From an uncultured Campylobacter sp. (GTDB lineage: Bacteria; Campylobacterota; Campylobacteria; Campylobacterales; Campylobacteraceae): a stretch of DNA of 40,983 nt. The stretch is taken from assembly GCA_963517705.1 (NCBI GenBank), contig CAUQHH010000001.1, positions 1 through 40,983 of the forward strand, given 5' to 3'. Position numbers and translations under genes: made by a program. Positions 1 to 11,137 of this stretch are shown one piece after another (position 1 is the first letter of the stretch; every line of letters begins with the position of its first letter). Below the pieces are notes generated by a model. It searched no databases. It was given only the letters and a program-made list of their open reading frames with translations, and was not told the DNA's origin.

Positions 1-134
1 TCGACTTTTTGGTATTCGCAAAGCCCCGCGGCCTCGATGAGCTCGGGTCCGATCGTAACCGAGCCCACGTAGTTGAGGTTTGCGTCCGTCACGCGCGCGC
101 GGTGGATTTTGCTTGATAAAATTTCGATTTTCAT
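1..134 (-). CDS. panD: aspartate 1-decarboxylase, N-terminal part (runs off the left window edge)
   Basis: Manual translation from ATG at 134: [44 protein letters not shown], with the PanD KIHRA and Y-x-G/S-x-TI autocleavage motifs. Not in the ORF track. Confidence 0.93.
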   Translation of the reverse strand, partial: MKIEILSSKIHRARVTDANLNYVGSVTIGPELIEAAGLCEYQKV

Positions 135-406
135 CGGCAGTCCTTTGTGTTTTTTGAGAAAATTATACTATAAATTTAGCCGCAAAAAGCAACTTTATAT
201 AGCCGCGGCGATTCGTTTTTGCTTGCTTGCCGCGATAAAATTCGGAGTAAAATTTGTGATCAAATTTGATTTTAGAGGCATTTACGCGAGTGACAAAAAC
301 TGCGATAAATTTGACGCCGCTCGGCAGTAAAATAGAAATTTAGGCGCAAACAAAGGCAAATTTTACTCAAATTTACCCTTGTTTCACCGCCGTTTCGTCC
401 GTAAAT

Positions 407-1708
407 TTAGGCGCGTCCGTCCAAAAGTTCGCGCACGACCTCTTTGTCGCTAAACGGATATTTTACGCCCTTGATCTCTTGATAGGTTTCGTCGCCCTTG
501 CCTAAAATCACCAAAATTTCATCCTGCGAGAGGCTTTCAAGCGCGTATTTTATCGCCTCTTTGCGGTTTGCGATACATTTTACGCGCTCGTTCATCTCTA
601 GGCCGCCGCATATCTCGGCGATGATACTTTCTGGCTCTTCACTGCGGGGGTTGTCGCTGGTGACGACGAGTCTATGCACGTATTTTTGCGCTATCGCGCC
701 CATTTTTGGGCGTTTGGTGCGGTCTCTATCGCCGCCTGCGCCAAAAACCGCGACGATCTTGCGATGGCGCAATGCATTTAGCACCTTTTCGATACCGTCC
801 GGAGTGTGTGCGAAATCCACAATCACGAGCGGTTCGCGACTCACGACCTCCATGCGCCCCTCTACGCCGTCAAATTCCGCCGCGGCGCGCGCGATCTCAT
901 CTAGCGGCCTATCCGTCAGCGTCGCGACGCAAGAGACGGCTGCGACAAGGTTATAGAGGTTAAATTCGCCGTGCAAATTTGAGCTTAGCGCCATTTGCCC
1001 GCGCGGAGTCTTTAGCATCCCGCGCATGCCGCCTTCTAGCGAATACTCGACGGGCGCGAAGTCCGCGTCCGCGTGGAGCGCGCTAAGTGAATATGTTAGT
1101 GCGTTTGCGGGGTTAAATTTGATCCCGCCGCGGTCGTCTATGTTTATGAGCTTTGGCGCGTCATCTGCGAAAAACTCGCTCTTTACGCGCGCATACTCTT
1201 CAAGCGTACCGTGGTAGTCGAGGTGGTCTTGGGTCAAATTCGTAAAAATTTTCATCGCAAAATCCAAGCTCTCGATGCGTTTTTGCGCAATGGCATGCGA
1301 GCTAGCCTCCATCACGAAGTACTCGCAACCGCGCTCGCTAGCGGCTTTGAGGTAGCTAAGCGTGCGTAAAATTTCGCTCGTCGTTAGCGTCTTGTCGTCG
1401 ATGCGCTCGCCGTTTATAAAGGCGCCGCGAGTACCGCACAGGCCGCATCCGTAGCCTAAATTTAACAGCGTAGCGCAGATAATCGCTGCGGTCGTGGTCT
1501 TGCCGTTCGTGCCCGTGATGCCGATGATTTTGATGTTCTCGTCGATACCTAGCAGCCGCTTGCACTCGGCTAAGTTTATGATTTTTGCACCCTTTGCCTC
1601 GGCAGCTGCTTCAAATTTGGCGTTCGTCGCCGTTTTAACGAAATAGCAACCCGCCTCGCATTCGTTTGAGTTGTCGGTGACGAAGCCTTCTTTAACGTAA
1701 ATTTTCAC
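407..1708 (-). CDS. murE: UDP-N-acetylmuramoyl-L-alanyl-D-glutamate--2,6-diaminopimelate ligase
   Basis: GITGTNGKTT P-loop, MEASSH, NLTQDHLDYH, DFAHTPD, FGAGGDRD, DNPR (DAP specificity) and GKGDE motifs. Confidence 0.97.
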   Translation of the reverse strand: MKIYVKEGFVTDNSNECEAGCYFVKTATNAKFEAAAEAKGAKIINLAECKRLLGIDENIKIIGITGTNGKTTTAAIICATLLNLGYGCGLCGTRGAFINGERIDDKTLTTSEILRTLSYLKAASERGCEYFVMEASSHAIAQKRIESLDFAMKIFTNLTQDHLDYHGTLEEYARVKSEFFADDAPKLINIDDRGGIKFNPANALTYSLSALHADADFAPVEYSLEGGMRGMLKTPRGQMALSSNLHGEFNLYNLVAAVSCVATLTDRPLDEIARAAAEFDGVEGRMEVVSREPLVIVDFAHTPDGIEKVLNALRHRKIVAVFGAGGDRDRTKRPKMGAIAQKYVHRLVVTSDNPRSEEPESIIAEICGGLEMNERVKCIANRKEAIKYALESLSQDEILVILGKGDETYQEIKGVKYPFSDKEVVRELLDGRA

Positions 1709-2237
1709 TTTCGGCCTTTTCGTTGATTTCGCGAGCCAGCGCGCTTAGTCGCTCGTCGCCGGCAAACATCACGGCTGCGGTCTCGATGTAGTTTAGCCCC
1801 ATTTCGATGAAGCCATTTTTGATAAGATTTTGCAAAAACTCGAGGAAATCGTCGCGGTTGTCGATCATCACGCGCGTGGAAAACATGATGTCCTCAAAGG
1901 TGCTTTTAAATCCGCCGCGCCTAACAGCGTCCATAAAATCGGCGTAGCTGATCGCGTTTTGCTCCTCAAGACTCTCGTCGTCGTTAAATTTCGCCTCAAG
2001 CGCGCCCAAAATTTCCTCGAGTTCATCGGGACTCATGCCGAGCTTGTCTTTTAGCTTAAATATCTCAAAAAGCGTCATCGCCTCATCGCGGCGAGTCTTA
2101 GCAAGTGAGCAAAGCATGATGAGAAAAAGCAGCTTTTTGTCTGGTTTTTTGTCGTAGGCGAGCGAAAAATAGCTCGCTGCGGCGTCAAAATCGCCCTTGT
2201 TAAACGCTTTTATCCCCGCCTTTTTGTAATCAATCAA
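1692..2237 (-). CDS. conserved helical/TPR-like hypothetical protein
   Basis: 181-aa ORF overlapping both neighbours in an operon; TPR-like N-terminus (GIKAFNKGDFDAAASYFSLAY). Confidence 0.8.
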   Translation of the reverse strand: MIDYKKAGIKAFNKGDFDAAASYFSLAYDKKPDKKLLFLIMLCSLAKTRRDEAMTLFEIFKLKDKLGMSPDELEEILGALEAKFNDDESLEEQNAISYADFMDAVRRGGFKSTFEDIMFSTRVMIDNRDDFLEFLQNLIKNGFIEMGLNYIETAAVMFAGDERLSALAREINEKAESENLR

Positions 2238-2499
2238 ATTTAACTTCCTCGCCGATAGGGATGTTTACGACCTCTAGCTCAGGGTGGATATCCATGCGGA
2301 GCTGACGCTCGATGCCGTATTTTAGGGTGGTCGAGCTAGCTGCGCAGCCGTGGCAGTGGCCGGTGAGGCGGACGTAAACTTTGCCGTTTTTGATACCTAA
2401 TAGCTCCATGCCTCCGCCGTCGTTTTCAAGCATAGGCAAAACCTTTTGCAGGCTGGCTTTTACGGGCTTTAAAAGCTCTTCATCGGTAAATGGGATCAT
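2230..2499 (-). CDS. NifU/Nfu-family Fe-S cluster carrier
   Basis: PMLENDGGG..VYVRLTGHCHGCAASSTTLKYGIE is the Nfu domain with its CxxC motif. Confidence 0.93.
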   Translation of the reverse strand: MIPFTDEELLKPVKASLQKVLPMLENDGGGMELLGIKNGKVYVRLTGHCHGCAASSTTLKYGIERQLRMDIHPELEVVNIPIGEEVKFD

Positions 2500-2524
2500 T
2501 TTTAACCTTTTAAATTTTTGAGAT

Positions 2525-2533
2525 ATTATAGCA
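2525..2533 (-). promoter_or_regulatory. extended -10 box (TGCTATAAT) for the nfu-TPR-murE operon
   Basis: ATTATAGCA on the + strand, 25 nt upstream of the nfu ATG. Confidence 0.65.
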
Positions 2534-2968
2534 GATAAAATTTTAAATACGCTATGAGTTTGGCGTTTTGGCCGCTATTTTTGACTTGGATAAATTTGGA
2601 ATTTTAAGCGATTCTATATGTTGATAAGTCAAATATAAAAAATACTAGCAGCTCTTTAAGGATGAAAACGTGCGGTAGTGTAGCAAGGGCGTAATCCGTA
2701 ATTCAAAACTCGAAATACCTGTGCTTAATATTCCAAATGTTGTTTGCAGAGATGCATAAATTTGATATGGCAAGCGTCTATCGTATAAGCAAATCTTTTG
2801 AAAGCAAATTTGCACTTCAAACTACGACAGAAACCAGGGTAAAACTAGCTACAAATTTTGTTACTTTCTAACTAAATACAAAATTGCAAACAATGCAATA
2901 GATGAACAAATAAATTTAATTGATGTGAATACTAAAGGGAGTTTGAGGTAACTAAAATATGTCAATTT

Positions 2969-2995
2969 AAAAAGAAAAGAGAGCCGAAGCTCTCT
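2969..2995 (-). terminator. rho-independent terminator of the alpha operon
   Basis: Minus strand AGAGAGC-TTCG-GCTCTCT (UUCG tetraloop) followed by TTTCTTTT, just after the rplQ stop. Confidence 0.9.
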
Positions 2996-3000
2996 AAAAA

Positions 3001-3357
3001 TTATTCTTTGATTAGCTCGATATAAGCCATCTCAGCAGCATCGCCTCGGCGAACGCGAGTCTTAACGATGCGCGTATATCCGCCGTTTTTGCCTACGAAT
3101 TTTGGAGCAAGCTCAGTTACTAGTTTATTCGTAGTTTCTTTATCTTGCAAGCTGGCAAAAACTGCTCTATGAGCGTTGCTGTCGCCTTTTCTAGCTCTAG
3201 TGATTAGCTTTTCGATATAGCTTCTCAACTCTTTTGCCTTAGGCAAGGTCGTCTCTATCTTTTCGCTTTTGATGATAGCGATAGCTAAATTTTTAAGTAG
3301 AGCCGAACGGTGAGCCGACGTCCTACCTAGTTTTCTGTATCCGTGACCGTGTCTCAT
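3001..3357 (-). CDS. rplQ: 50S ribosomal protein L17
   Basis: [17 protein letters not shown]...GGYTRI. Confidence 0.99.
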   Translation of the reverse strand: MRHGHGYRKLGRTSAHRSALLKNLAIAIIKSEKIETTLPKAKELRSYIEKLITRARKGDSNAHRAVFASLQDKETTNKLVTELAPKFVGKNGGYTRIVKTRVRRGDAAEMAYIELIKE

Positions 3358-3368
3358 TTATCTTCCTT

Positions 3369-4382
3369 TTACTCTTTTGCACTCATTTGTGATTTTAGGT
3401 CGGCGATTTTTTTCTTGAGTTGCTCTTTGCCGCCGCCTAGGTCGCCGCCGACCGGATATCCGATCTCTTGCATAACGGCTTTGATCTCGTCGAGAGATTT
3501 TTTGCCTAAATTTTTAAGCTCTTTTAGCTCGTTTTCATCCATCAAAGCAAGCTCGCCGATAAATCTAATCTCGGCTTTATCAAGGCAGTTAAAGCTTCTA
3601 GCGCTCAAATTTAGCTCTTCTACGCTTTGAAGTAGTTTCGCATGCTCGCTGCCTGAAGTTTGAGCGTTTAAGCCTGCAGAAACGTCGATATTTAAAACGC
3701 CTTTAAACACCGACATCTGCTGATACATCGCCTCGATCGCGTGTTTAAACGCCTCGATCGCGCCCACTTGTCCATCCGTCGTAACCGTGAAAATAATCTT
3801 CTCGTAGTCAGGGTTATCCTCGACTAGAACGTTTACTAGCTCATAAACGGCTTTTTTAACAGGCGTAAAGAAAGCGTCGAGGGCTATATAACCCTCTTCG
3901 GTATTGTCTCTTATCTCTTCGCTTGGGACGTATCCGATACCTTTTTGGATGATTACGGAAAATTTAAGCTCCGCGTCCTCGTTTATGGTCGCAAGATAGG
4001 CGTCCAGATTTACGATATCTACGACATCGCTTTTTAGATCACCGGCTTTTATCTCTTTTGGACCTTTAAACGAATACTCAACCACCTCGCGCTCAGACTC
4101 GTTTTTTAGCTTAAAGCGGATGTTTTTTAAATTTATAATAAACTGCGCTACGTCCTCGAGCATGCCTCTCATCGAATCAAATTCGTGAGATACGCCCTCT
4201 ATCTTGACGCCCGTAGCCGCAAATCCAACCGTGCTGCTATATAAAAGTCGTCTTAGCGGATGAGCCAAAGTAACAGCATAGCCCGTCTCAAACGGATACG
4301 CGGTTATTCTGGCGACATTCTCGCTTATACTCTCTACTGAAATTTCGGTAGGCATATAAGCTGATGTGGTAATTTTTCTCAT
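3369..4382 (-). CDS. rpoA: RNA polymerase subunit alpha
   Basis: [18 protein letters not shown] and alpha-[19 protein letters not shown]. Confidence 0.99.
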   Translation of the reverse strand: MRKITTSAYMPTEISVESISENVARITAYPFETGYAVTLAHPLRRLLYSSTVGFAATGVKIEGVSHEFDSMRGMLEDVAQFIINLKNIRFKLKNESEREVVEYSFKGPKEIKAGDLKSDVVDIVNLDAYLATINEDAELKFSVIIQKGIGYVPSEEIRDNTEEGYIALDAFFTPVKKAVYELVNVLVEDNPDYEKIIFTVTTDGQVGAIEAFKHAIEAMYQQMSVFKGVLNIDVSAGLNAQTSGSEHAKLLQSVEELNLSARSFNCLDKAEIRFIGELALMDENELKELKNLGKKSLDEIKAVMQEIGYPVGGDLGGGKEQLKKKIADLKSQMSAKE

Positions 4383-4396
4383 CGTTATACCCCTTA

Positions 4397-5023
4397 TTAT
4401 TTCGAATAAAGCTCTACTATGAATCTTTCCTCGACAGGAATGACGACTTCTTCCCTTTCCGGAGTTCTTGTGAAAATTCCGAATTTTTTATCTTTTTCGA
4501 CGTCAACCCAAGCTACGATGCCAGTTTGTGCCGTAAGGTCGATCGCGCGAACTATTTGCGGATTGTTTTTAGATTTTTCGATAACCTCTACTTTAGCACC
4601 CGCTTGAACTCTGTAAGAAGGAATATCCACTCTCTTACCGTTTACTAAAATATGTCCGTGAGTAACTAGCTGGCGAGCAAAGCGGCGAGTAGTCGCAAAG
4701 CCCATTCTGTAAACTACGTTATCTAATCTTTGCTCTAAAAGCTGCACCAAAAGCGCACCGGTATTTCCCTCGCGGCGAGCAGCCTCTTGGAATAAGCGGC
4801 GGAATTGCTTCTCGCTAATGCCGTACATAAATTTAGCTTTTTGTTTTTCGCGAAGCTGCAAGCCGTATTCGCTTATCTTGCTTCTTCTTTGTCCGTGTTG
4901 TCCCGGAGCGTAAGGTCTTTTGTCAAGCGCGCTTTTTCCTGCTAAGCGACGCTCGCCCTTTAGCGCCAAACTAACGCCGAGTCTTCTTTCTAATTTTTCA
5001 ACGGGTCCTCTATATCTAGCCAT
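4397..5023 (-). CDS. rpsD: 30S ribosomal protein S4
   Basis: [25 protein letters not shown]. Confidence 0.99.
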   Translation of the reverse strand: MARYRGPVEKLERRLGVSLALKGERRLAGKSALDKRPYAPGQHGQRRSKISEYGLQLREKQKAKFMYGISEKQFRRLFQEAARREGNTGALLVQLLEQRLDNVVYRMGFATTRRFARQLVTHGHILVNGKRVDIPSYRVQAGAKVEVIEKSKNNPQIVRAIDLTAQTGIVAWVDVEKDKKFGIFTRTPEREEVVIPVEERFIVELYSK

Positions 5024-5045
5024 AATAATTCTCCTAAATTTCTAA

Positions 5046-5438
5046 TTATACGCGGCGGCGTTTCGGCGGTCTGCAACCATTATGCGGAAGCGGAGTTATA
5101 TCTTTTAAAAACGTTACTTTTATGCCCTCTACCGCGCCTACGCTCTTGACTGCGGTCTCTCTGCCGCTGCCAGGACCTTGTACTTTGATGCCTACTTCTT
5201 TTATACCGTGCTCTTTTGCTTTGGTTAGAGCGTCTTCTACTGCTTGTTGCGCTGCGTAAGGAGTTGATTTTTTACTTCCTTTAAAGCCTAGTCCGCCAGC
5301 ACTGCTCCAAGCGATAGCATTTCCCATCTCATCGGTAACCGTTACCATAGTGTTGTTAAAAGTCGCGCTTATATAAACGATACCTTTAGCGATACTTTTT
5401 CTTACAATTTTCTTTTTAACTACTTTTCTTTTTGCCAT
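5046..5438 (-). CDS. rpsK: 30S ribosomal protein S11
   Basis: [27 protein letters not shown]. Confidence 0.99.
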   Translation of the reverse strand: MAKRKVVKKKIVRKSIAKGIVYISATFNNTMVTVTDEMGNAIAWSSAGGLGFKGSKKSTPYAAQQAVEDALTKAKEHGIKEVGIKVQGPGSGRETAVKSVGAVEGIKVTFLKDITPLPHNGCRPPKRRRV

Positions 5439-5447
5439 CGCTTATCC

Positions 5448-5816
5448 TTATTTAGTCGCAGCGCCGACTGTTTTGCGCTTGCCTTTTCTAGTTCTAGCGT
5501 TTGTTTTAGTCTTTTGACCGCGCACCGGAAGACCTTTTCTGTGTCTTAGACCGCGGTAGCTTCCTAAGTCCATAAGAGCCTTGATATCCATAGCGACGCT
5601 TTTTCTAAGGTCGCCTTCCACCACGTGGTTCTCTTGGATCTCTTTGCGGATAGCCGCAGCTTCGTCTTCGGTTAGATCGTTTACTCTTTTATCGTAAGAA
5701 ATTTTGGTAGCATCCAAAATTTGACGAGATTTGTGAAGACCGATACCGTAAATATAGGTCAAACCGTATTCGATTCTCTTTTTCTTTGGTAAATCCACAC
5801 CTGCGATACGTGCCAT
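5448..5816 (-). CDS. rpsM: 30S ribosomal protein S13
   Basis: [28 protein letters not shown]. Confidence 0.99.
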   Translation of the reverse strand: MARIAGVDLPKKKRIEYGLTYIYGIGLHKSRQILDATKISYDKRVNDLTEDEAAAIRKEIQENHVVEGDLRKSVAMDIKALMDLGSYRGLRHRKGLPVRGQKTKTNARTRKGKRKTVGAATK

Positions 5817-5819
5817 GCT

Positions 5820-5933
5820 TTATCCTTGTCTTTGTTTATGTTTTGGATTTTCGCAGATTATGCGAACTACGCCTTGGCGCTTGACAATTTTGCACTTGTC
5901 ACACATCTTCTTTACAGAAGGACGAACTTTCAT
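5820..5933 (-). CDS. rpmJ: 50S ribosomal protein L36 (zinc-binding form)
   Basis: Manual translation: [37 protein letters not shown] (37 aa, below the ORF-track cutoff). Confidence 0.98.
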   Translation of the reverse strand: MKVRPSVKKMCDKCKIVKRQGVVRIICENPKHKQRQG

Positions 5934-6089
5934 TCTAGTCTCCTAAAAATTTATTCCACTTTTAGGCTGCATCAGGTTTAACGAAATTTTAAACCAACTA
6001 TTTTCAAAACAAGTGGTGGGCTTTGAAAACAATTCTTCATACAGCAATTTGTCGCAAAGGGCTGAGTATAGCCAAATTTAGCTTTTAAT

Positions 6090-6308
6090 TTACTTATGTC
6101 GGTAAATTATCCTACCCTTATCCAGACTGTAAGGCGTTAGCTCCACCTTTACGCGGTCTCCAGGCATTATTTTTATATAATGCATCCTCATCTTGCCCGC
6201 AATATGACACAAAATCACGTGTTTGTTGTCGAGCTCGACCTTAAACGTCGCGTTTGGCAGCGCCTCGATGACGTTGCCGTCGATCTCTATGACGTCGTCT
6301 TTTGCCAC
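6090..6308 (-). CDS. infA: translation initiation factor IF-1
   Basis: [28 protein letters not shown]. Confidence 0.99.
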   Translation of the reverse strand: MAKDDVIEIDGNVIEALPNATFKVELDNKHVILCHIAGKMRMHYIKIMPGDRVKVELTPYSLDKGRIIYRHK

Positions 6309-6382
6309 TTAACTCCTTTTTGTTAAATTTACTTTCGCCGTTTGGCAGAAATTTGGATTTAAAATTTTAACTCACCACAAAT

Positions 6383-6436
6383 TAAAATTTTAAAATTTAC
6401 AAGTCGCACAAACAACTTGTAAATTTTAAAATTTTA
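6383..6436. repeat. perfect 22-bp inverted repeat overlapping the map stop codon
   Basis: TAAAATTTTAAAATTTACAAGT (6383-6404), 10-nt loop, ACTTGTAAATTTTAAAATTTTA (6415-6436). Confidence 0.85.
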
Positions 6437-7192
6437 CGCTAGGCTTAAGATCTCCGCACGTCCGTTCACGACTGCCATGCAGTGCTCGTAGTGGCTGGTT
6501 CTTAGTCCGTCTTTGCTGGTTACTTTCCATTTGTCAGGACCGATCACCGGAGTGCCGTCTTTTTGGCAAATCATCGGCTCCACGCAAAATACCATTCCGT
6601 TTTTGATTTTCGGTCCAGATTTTGGGCTACCGCCCTCTAAATAATTTAAAATTTGCGGATCTTCGTGCGGGCGTCTACCGATGCCGTGACCGCAAAATCC
6701 AGTTAAAGGAACGAATCCGCGAGCTCTTATAAATTTCTCGATTTCAAAACTAAGCTCTTTAAAGTGCATTCCAGCTTTTACGGTATCTATCGCAAAATAT
6801 AGCGCATCTTTAGCGCAAGCGATTAGTTTTTCGTCCTCGCGCGAAATTTGACCCACGCCCCAAGTTCTAGCCGAGTCGCCGAAATATCCGTTTAAATTTG
6901 AGCCGATATCGACGCTTACGATGTCGCCTTCTTGCAGCTTGTATTCGTTTGGGATGCCATGGATTACTACTTCGTTTACGCTGATGCAAGCTGCGTTTGG
7001 AAAGCCGTAAAGCCCCTTAAATGCCGGCTTTGCACCTGCAGCCCTTATCATATCGTCGCAAATTTTGTCTATTTCGAGCAGTGAAATGCCGGGCTTGATC
7101 ACGCTTTCTACGTAGTCGAGGGTTTGAGCGACGATTTTATTCGCCGCTCGCATCTTCTCTATGTCGTTTGGCTGCATAATGGTTATAGCCAT
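6434..7192 (-). CDS. map: type I methionine aminopeptidase
   Basis: SVNEVVIHGIP, GDIVSVDIG..GDSART, GHGIG..HEDP, VEPMI, HYEH. Confidence 0.98.
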   Translation of the reverse strand: MAITIMQPNDIEKMRAANKIVAQTLDYVESVIKPGISLLEIDKICDDMIRAAGAKPAFKGLYGFPNAACISVNEVVIHGIPNEYKLQEGDIVSVDIGSNLNGYFGDSARTWGVGQISREDEKLIACAKDALYFAIDTVKAGMHFKELSFEIEKFIRARGFVPLTGFCGHGIGRRPHEDPQILNYLEGGSPKSGPKIKNGMVFCVEPMICQKDGTPVIGPDKWKVTSKDGLRTSHYEHCMAVVNGRAEILSLA

Positions 7193-8454
7193 TACAAGCC
7201 TACCGCGCTTAGAGTTTGATATTTATTCATATAAATTTGAGCTTCTATCCTTCGCATCGTATCAAGCGCGACAGAAACCACGATCAGTACCGACGTGCCA
7301 CCGAAATAAAACGGAACGCCCATAATTTTAACGAGTACCCAAGGAAGCGTCGAGATAAGACCGAGGTAAATCGCGCCGCTAAATGTTAGTCTTGATGCCA
7401 CTTCGTTTAGATAGCCCGCAGTACCCTCGCCCGGTCTAATGCCCGGGATAAATCCGCCCTGTCTTTTTAAATTTTCGCTGATATCTTTTGCATTAAACGC
7501 TATCGAAGCGTAAAAATATGCAAAAAATACGACCAGCAAGAACGTCAAAAAGTTGAAAAAATAGCTATTTGGATTTAAAAAATCGTGAATAGCTTGGATG
7601 TAAGGATTTGTGCTGGCCTGCAAAATGGTGCTCGGAAACATCAAAATCGCACTGGCGAAAATCGGAGGAATAACGCCGCTTAAATTTACCTTGATAGGTA
7701 TATAGTTCATGATACGTTTATTTTGATTTTCCATCACGACTTTACGCGAATAGCTCACCGGTACGCGTCTCTCGCCCATCTCGACGTAGATAACTATGCC
7801 TACCGTGACCAAGATAACAAGCAAAATTACGATAACTACAAGGAAGTTCATCTCGCCCGTATTTACCAAATTTACCGTTCCGCCGATGGCTGAAGGTATG
7901 CCGCTAACGATACCAGCGAAGATAATAAGGCTGATGCCGTTGCCGATACCGCGCTGAGTGATCTGCTCGCCTATCCACATCAAAAGCATGGTTCCCGTTA
8001 GCATCGAAGCTGCCGCAATCGCGATAAATAAATTCATATCTATCATTATTGCGTCCTCTCCGCCTCTACCGTGAAGGCTCTGAAGCCCCATACTAACGCC
8101 CACTGCTTGAACAAGCGTGATACCGATAGTGGCATAACGGATAATCTGCATATATTTTTGCATGCCGTCGCGGTCTTTTTTCATCTTGCCCAAATTTGGG
8201 AAAGTAGCCGCTAAAAGCTCCATAATAATCGATGCCGTGATGTATGGCATAATGCCTAGAGAGATGATGCTGAGGCGCTCTGCGGCCTTACCGCTGAACA
8301 TATTAAATAGTCCAAGCGCATTTGAGGAATTCGAATCGAAAAACTCTTTAATAACATTGACGTTTACGCCAGGAACCGGCACGTATGCCAGTATCCTGTA
8401 AGCAAATAAAAATGCCAACGTGATTAAAATCTTGTTGGTCAATGTCTTATTCAT
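7192..8454 (-). CDS. secY: preprotein translocase SecY
   Basis: LGIMPYITASII, GEQITQRGIGNGISL, GGFIPGIRPG, GGTSVLIVV. Confidence 0.99.
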   Translation of the reverse strand: MNKTLTNKILITLAFLFAYRILAYVPVPGVNVNVIKEFFDSNSSNALGLFNMFSGKAAERLSIISLGIMPYITASIIMELLAATFPNLGKMKKDRDGMQKYMQIIRYATIGITLVQAVGVSMGLQSLHGRGGEDAIMIDMNLFIAIAAASMLTGTMLLMWIGEQITQRGIGNGISLIIFAGIVSGIPSAIGGTVNLVNTGEMNFLVVIVILLVILVTVGIVIYVEMGERRVPVSYSRKVVMENQNKRIMNYIPIKVNLSGVIPPIFASAILMFPSTILQASTNPYIQAIHDFLNPNSYFFNFLTFLLVVFFAYFYASIAFNAKDISENLKRQGGFIPGIRPGEGTAGYLNEVASRLTFSGAIYLGLISTLPWVLVKIMGVPFYFGGTSVLIVVSVALDTMRRIEAQIYMNKYQTLSAVGL

Positions 8455-8855
8455 TACGCACGTCCGCTAACGGTTACGTTCTCGTCTTTGATTTTCGAAG
8501 CCAAATCTTTCGCACTCACTCCGATCAATTTGATTTTCTTGACGCTGCTTGAAATTTTATGCACGGTAGCGATAGTAGCGATAGTGATCTCGCTTAGCTC
8601 TTTTACCGCAACGATTTTTTCTACGTTGATTACGTAAGGTTTCTCAAATTTAGAAGTGAAGCCTACTTTTGGAAGGCGTCTTTGAAGCGGTTGCTGACCG
8701 CCCTCGAAGCCTCTTTTTTCATTGTAGCCTTTTCTAGCTCTTTGACCTTTGTGTCCTTTACCCGCGGTTTTACCTTGACCGCTACCTTGACCGCGACCTA
8801 GTCTTTTGATTTGTCTAGTCGAGCCCTCGGCAGGTTTTAAATTTTCTAGTCCCAT
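8454..8855 (-). CDS. rplO: 50S ribosomal protein L15
   Basis: [27 protein letters not shown]. Confidence 0.99.
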   Translation of the reverse strand: MGLENLKPAEGSTRQIKRLGRGQGSGQGKTAGKGHKGQRARKGYNEKRGFEGGQQPLQRRLPKVGFTSKFEKPYVINVEKIVAVKELSEITIATIATVHKISSSVKKIKLIGVSAKDLASKIKDENVTVSGRA

Positions 8856-8864
8856 ATCTTCTCC

Positions 8865-9308
8865 TTAGCCTTTAAGCATACTTAGCGCTTTTAAAGTAGC
8901 GCGAACGACGTTTGCCGAGTTGTTTGAGCCAAGCGATTTTGTTAGGATGTCCTTGATGCCCGCAAGCTCTAGAATAGGACGAGCACTACCGCCCGCGATC
9001 ACGCCCGTACCTTCGCTAGCAGGGCGAAGCAAAACGCGACTAGCGTTAAATTTAACCTCTACGTCGTGAGGTATAGTCGAGCCTTTTCTTTTTACCTCGA
9101 TGATATTTTTAAACGCGTCGTCGACGGCTTTTCTCATAGCGTCCGGTACCTCTTTTGCTTTACCGAAGCCAAAGCCCACTAGGCCGTTTCTGTTTCCCAC
9201 TACGACAAGAGCCGTAAATCTAAATCTACGACCGCCTTTTACGACCTTTGTAACGCGGCCGATATCAACCATTACTTCTTCGAATTCTTCTCTGTTATAT
9301 TTTTCCAT
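8865..9308 (-). CDS. rpsE: 30S ribosomal protein S5
   Basis: [21 protein letters not shown]. Confidence 0.99.
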   Translation of the reverse strand: MEKYNREEFEEVMVDIGRVTKVVKGGRRFRFTALVVVGNRNGLVGFGFGKAKEVPDAMRKAVDDAFKNIIEVKRKGSTIPHDVEVKFNASRVLLRPASEGTGVIAGGSARPILELAGIKDILTKSLGSNNSANVVRATLKALSMLKG

Positions 9309-9319
9309 AGCGATTTTCC

Positions 9320-9676
9320 TTATAGTTTGATACCGTTTTCACGTAATGCGTCTGCAAAAGCCGCTATAACGCCGTGATACAAATAGCCGTTTCTGTCGAA
9401 TAATGCCGCTTCTATTTTTTTAGCTTTTAGAGTTTTTGCAAATTCTTTAGCCAAAGTTACGGCGCCTTCTTTGTTTGCTTTTACGCCTAGTTTTCTACCG
9501 TCTGCCGCCGCTAGAGTTACGGCTGCTACGTCATCGATAGCTTGGACGTAAAGAGTTCTGTTTGATTTGAAGATAGAAATTCTAGGCAATACCGCAGTGC
9601 CGGAAATTTTGGCTCTGATTCTTCTTTTTCTCTTGATTCTAAGAGCGAGTTTTCTTTTTAATACATTTGCTGTCAT
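9320..9676 (-). CDS. rplR: 50S ribosomal protein L18
   Basis: [19 protein letters not shown]. Confidence 0.98.
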   Translation of the reverse strand: MTANVLKRKLALRIKRKRRIRAKISGTAVLPRISIFKSNRTLYVQAIDDVAAVTLAAADGRKLGVKANKEGAVTLAKEFAKTLKAKKIEAALFDRNGYLYHGVIAAFADALRENGIKL

Positions 9677-9686
9677 TATCTATCCC

Positions 9687-10223
9687 TTACTTCTTAGATG
9701 TCTTACCGGCTTTGCGGATGATGCGCTCTTCTACGTATTTAACGCCTTTTCCCTTATATGGTTCAGGCGGTCTGTACGCTCTGACTTGCGCCGCGATCTG
9801 GCCAACAACTTGCTTATCGTCGCCTTTGATAGTTATGATGTTTTTCTCTACGCTGATTTCAACGCCCTTTGGCACTTCGTGATTTATCGGGTGAGAAAAT
9901 CCTAAAGTAAGCTCAAGTACTTGGCCTTTAGCTGCGGCTTTGTAACCGACGCCGTTGATCTCAAGCTGGCGAACAAAACCTTTTGTGATGCCGATGACGA
10001 TATTGTTTGCAAGCGCTCTATAAGTGCCCCAGTAGGCTCTATCTTGTCTCTCGTCGCTCTTTGGAGAAAATACTATGTGAGCATCCTCGACTTTAACATC
10101 TACGTGCCCTTTTGTGTCAAGCTCTTTTAGATGAGCGCCTTTTTTAAATTTAAGGACGTTGCCTTCTACGCTGACCTCTACTCCGCTTGGAATAGCTATC
10201 GGCTGTTTTCCTATACGTGACAT
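9687..10223 (-). CDS. rplF: 50S ribosomal protein L6
   Basis: [19 protein letters not shown]. Confidence 0.99.
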   Translation of the reverse strand: MSRIGKQPIAIPSGVEVSVEGNVLKFKKGAHLKELDTKGHVDVKVEDAHIVFSPKSDERQDRAYWGTYRALANNIVIGITKGFVRQLEINGVGYKAAAKGQVLELTLGFSHPINHEVPKGVEISVEKNIITIKGDDKQVVGQIAAQVRAYRPPEPYKGKGVKYVEERIIRKAGKTSKK

Positions 10224-10732
10224 TTTTTTCCTTTTTACTTGTCTAGGGTATGTCTACTTTTACGAATGGATACCGCAATACCATAAAAATAGAAATGAAT
10301 CGAAGCGATAAAAACCGCTTCAAACACTTTAATTTTCTCGTCAAATTTGACTAGCCTTTTTTGGATTTATTTCCTAAAATTTGGCGTCAAATTTGACATC
10401 GTCGTTTTTAAATTTAGCTTTGGCAAATTTGGATAAATTTGCAAGCCGAGCTAAATTTGGGAAGCTTTTTAAATTTGAGCTTCCGTTTTTAAATTTTATA
10501 AATTTGACGGCAGAAGTTTTTCGTAAATTTTATAAATAACGAAAAACATACCGAGTCAAATTTCATTTCAAAGCAATCCGAAACGTTATGTGTCGTAAAT
10601 ACGACAAGCCTACCGAATTAGATTACATTTTCAAGGATGCAACAACGATGCTCCCGCCGGAAATCCGGGAAGCCTATCGTTTAAGCTTCACTTCAATGAT
10701 GCGAAAACGATGCCCCACATCGTTTTCGTTCA

Positions 10733-11128
10733 TTACCACACAGAGCAGAGGATTTCCCCGCCTACGCCAGCTTTGTGAGCGTCTTCGTTGCTTAAAACGC
10801 CCTTGCTGGTGCTAACGATGATCGTTCCGTAGCCGTTTTTAAATCTCTTGATCTCGTCTTTTCCCTTATAAACGCGGCGGCCTGGGCTTGATACGCGCTT
10901 AAGCTCGTTAATCACGCTTCTGCCGTGCTCGTCGTATTTTAGAACTACGTTTATAAATTTCTTTTTATCTTCTTCTACGACGTTGTAGCTCTCGATATAG
11001 CCTTTAGCCGCAAGGATAGATAAAGTAGCCTCGACGACGTTTGAATGAAGAAGCTTTGTAGTTTCAAGTCTTCTCATTGCGGCGTTTCTAATGCGAGTTA
11101 GTCCGTCTGAAATTAAGTCGTTTAACAT
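10733..11128 (-). CDS. rpsH: 30S ribosomal protein S8
   Basis: [28 protein letters not shown]. Confidence 0.99.
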   Translation of the reverse strand: MLNDLISDGLTRIRNAAMRRLETTKLLHSNVVEATLSILAAKGYIESYNVVEEDKKKFINVVLKYDEHGRSVINELKRVSSPGRRVYKGKDEIKRFKNGYGTIIVSTSKGVLSNEDAHKAGVGGEILCSVW

Positions 11129-11137
11129 TTCTCTTCC

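Noticed and set aside
73..330. 85-aa + strand ORF and the many antisense or nested ORFs over murE, r-protein genes, aroC, dnaG, mod/res and cas genes
   Set aside because: Shadow ORFs overlapping well-supported genes, with no motifs.
2534..2968. Intergenic region of about 430 bp between nfu and rplQ
   Set aside because: No ORF, tRNA-like fold or repeat that I could support.
8856..8864. Absence of rpmD (L30) and of adk after secY
   Set aside because: Normal arrangement in Campylobacter/Helicobacter.
10588..10815. 75-aa ORF in the rpsH-rplF gap
   Set aside because: Antisense overlap with rpsH, no SD or recognisable motif; the region is better explained as structured non-coding sequence.
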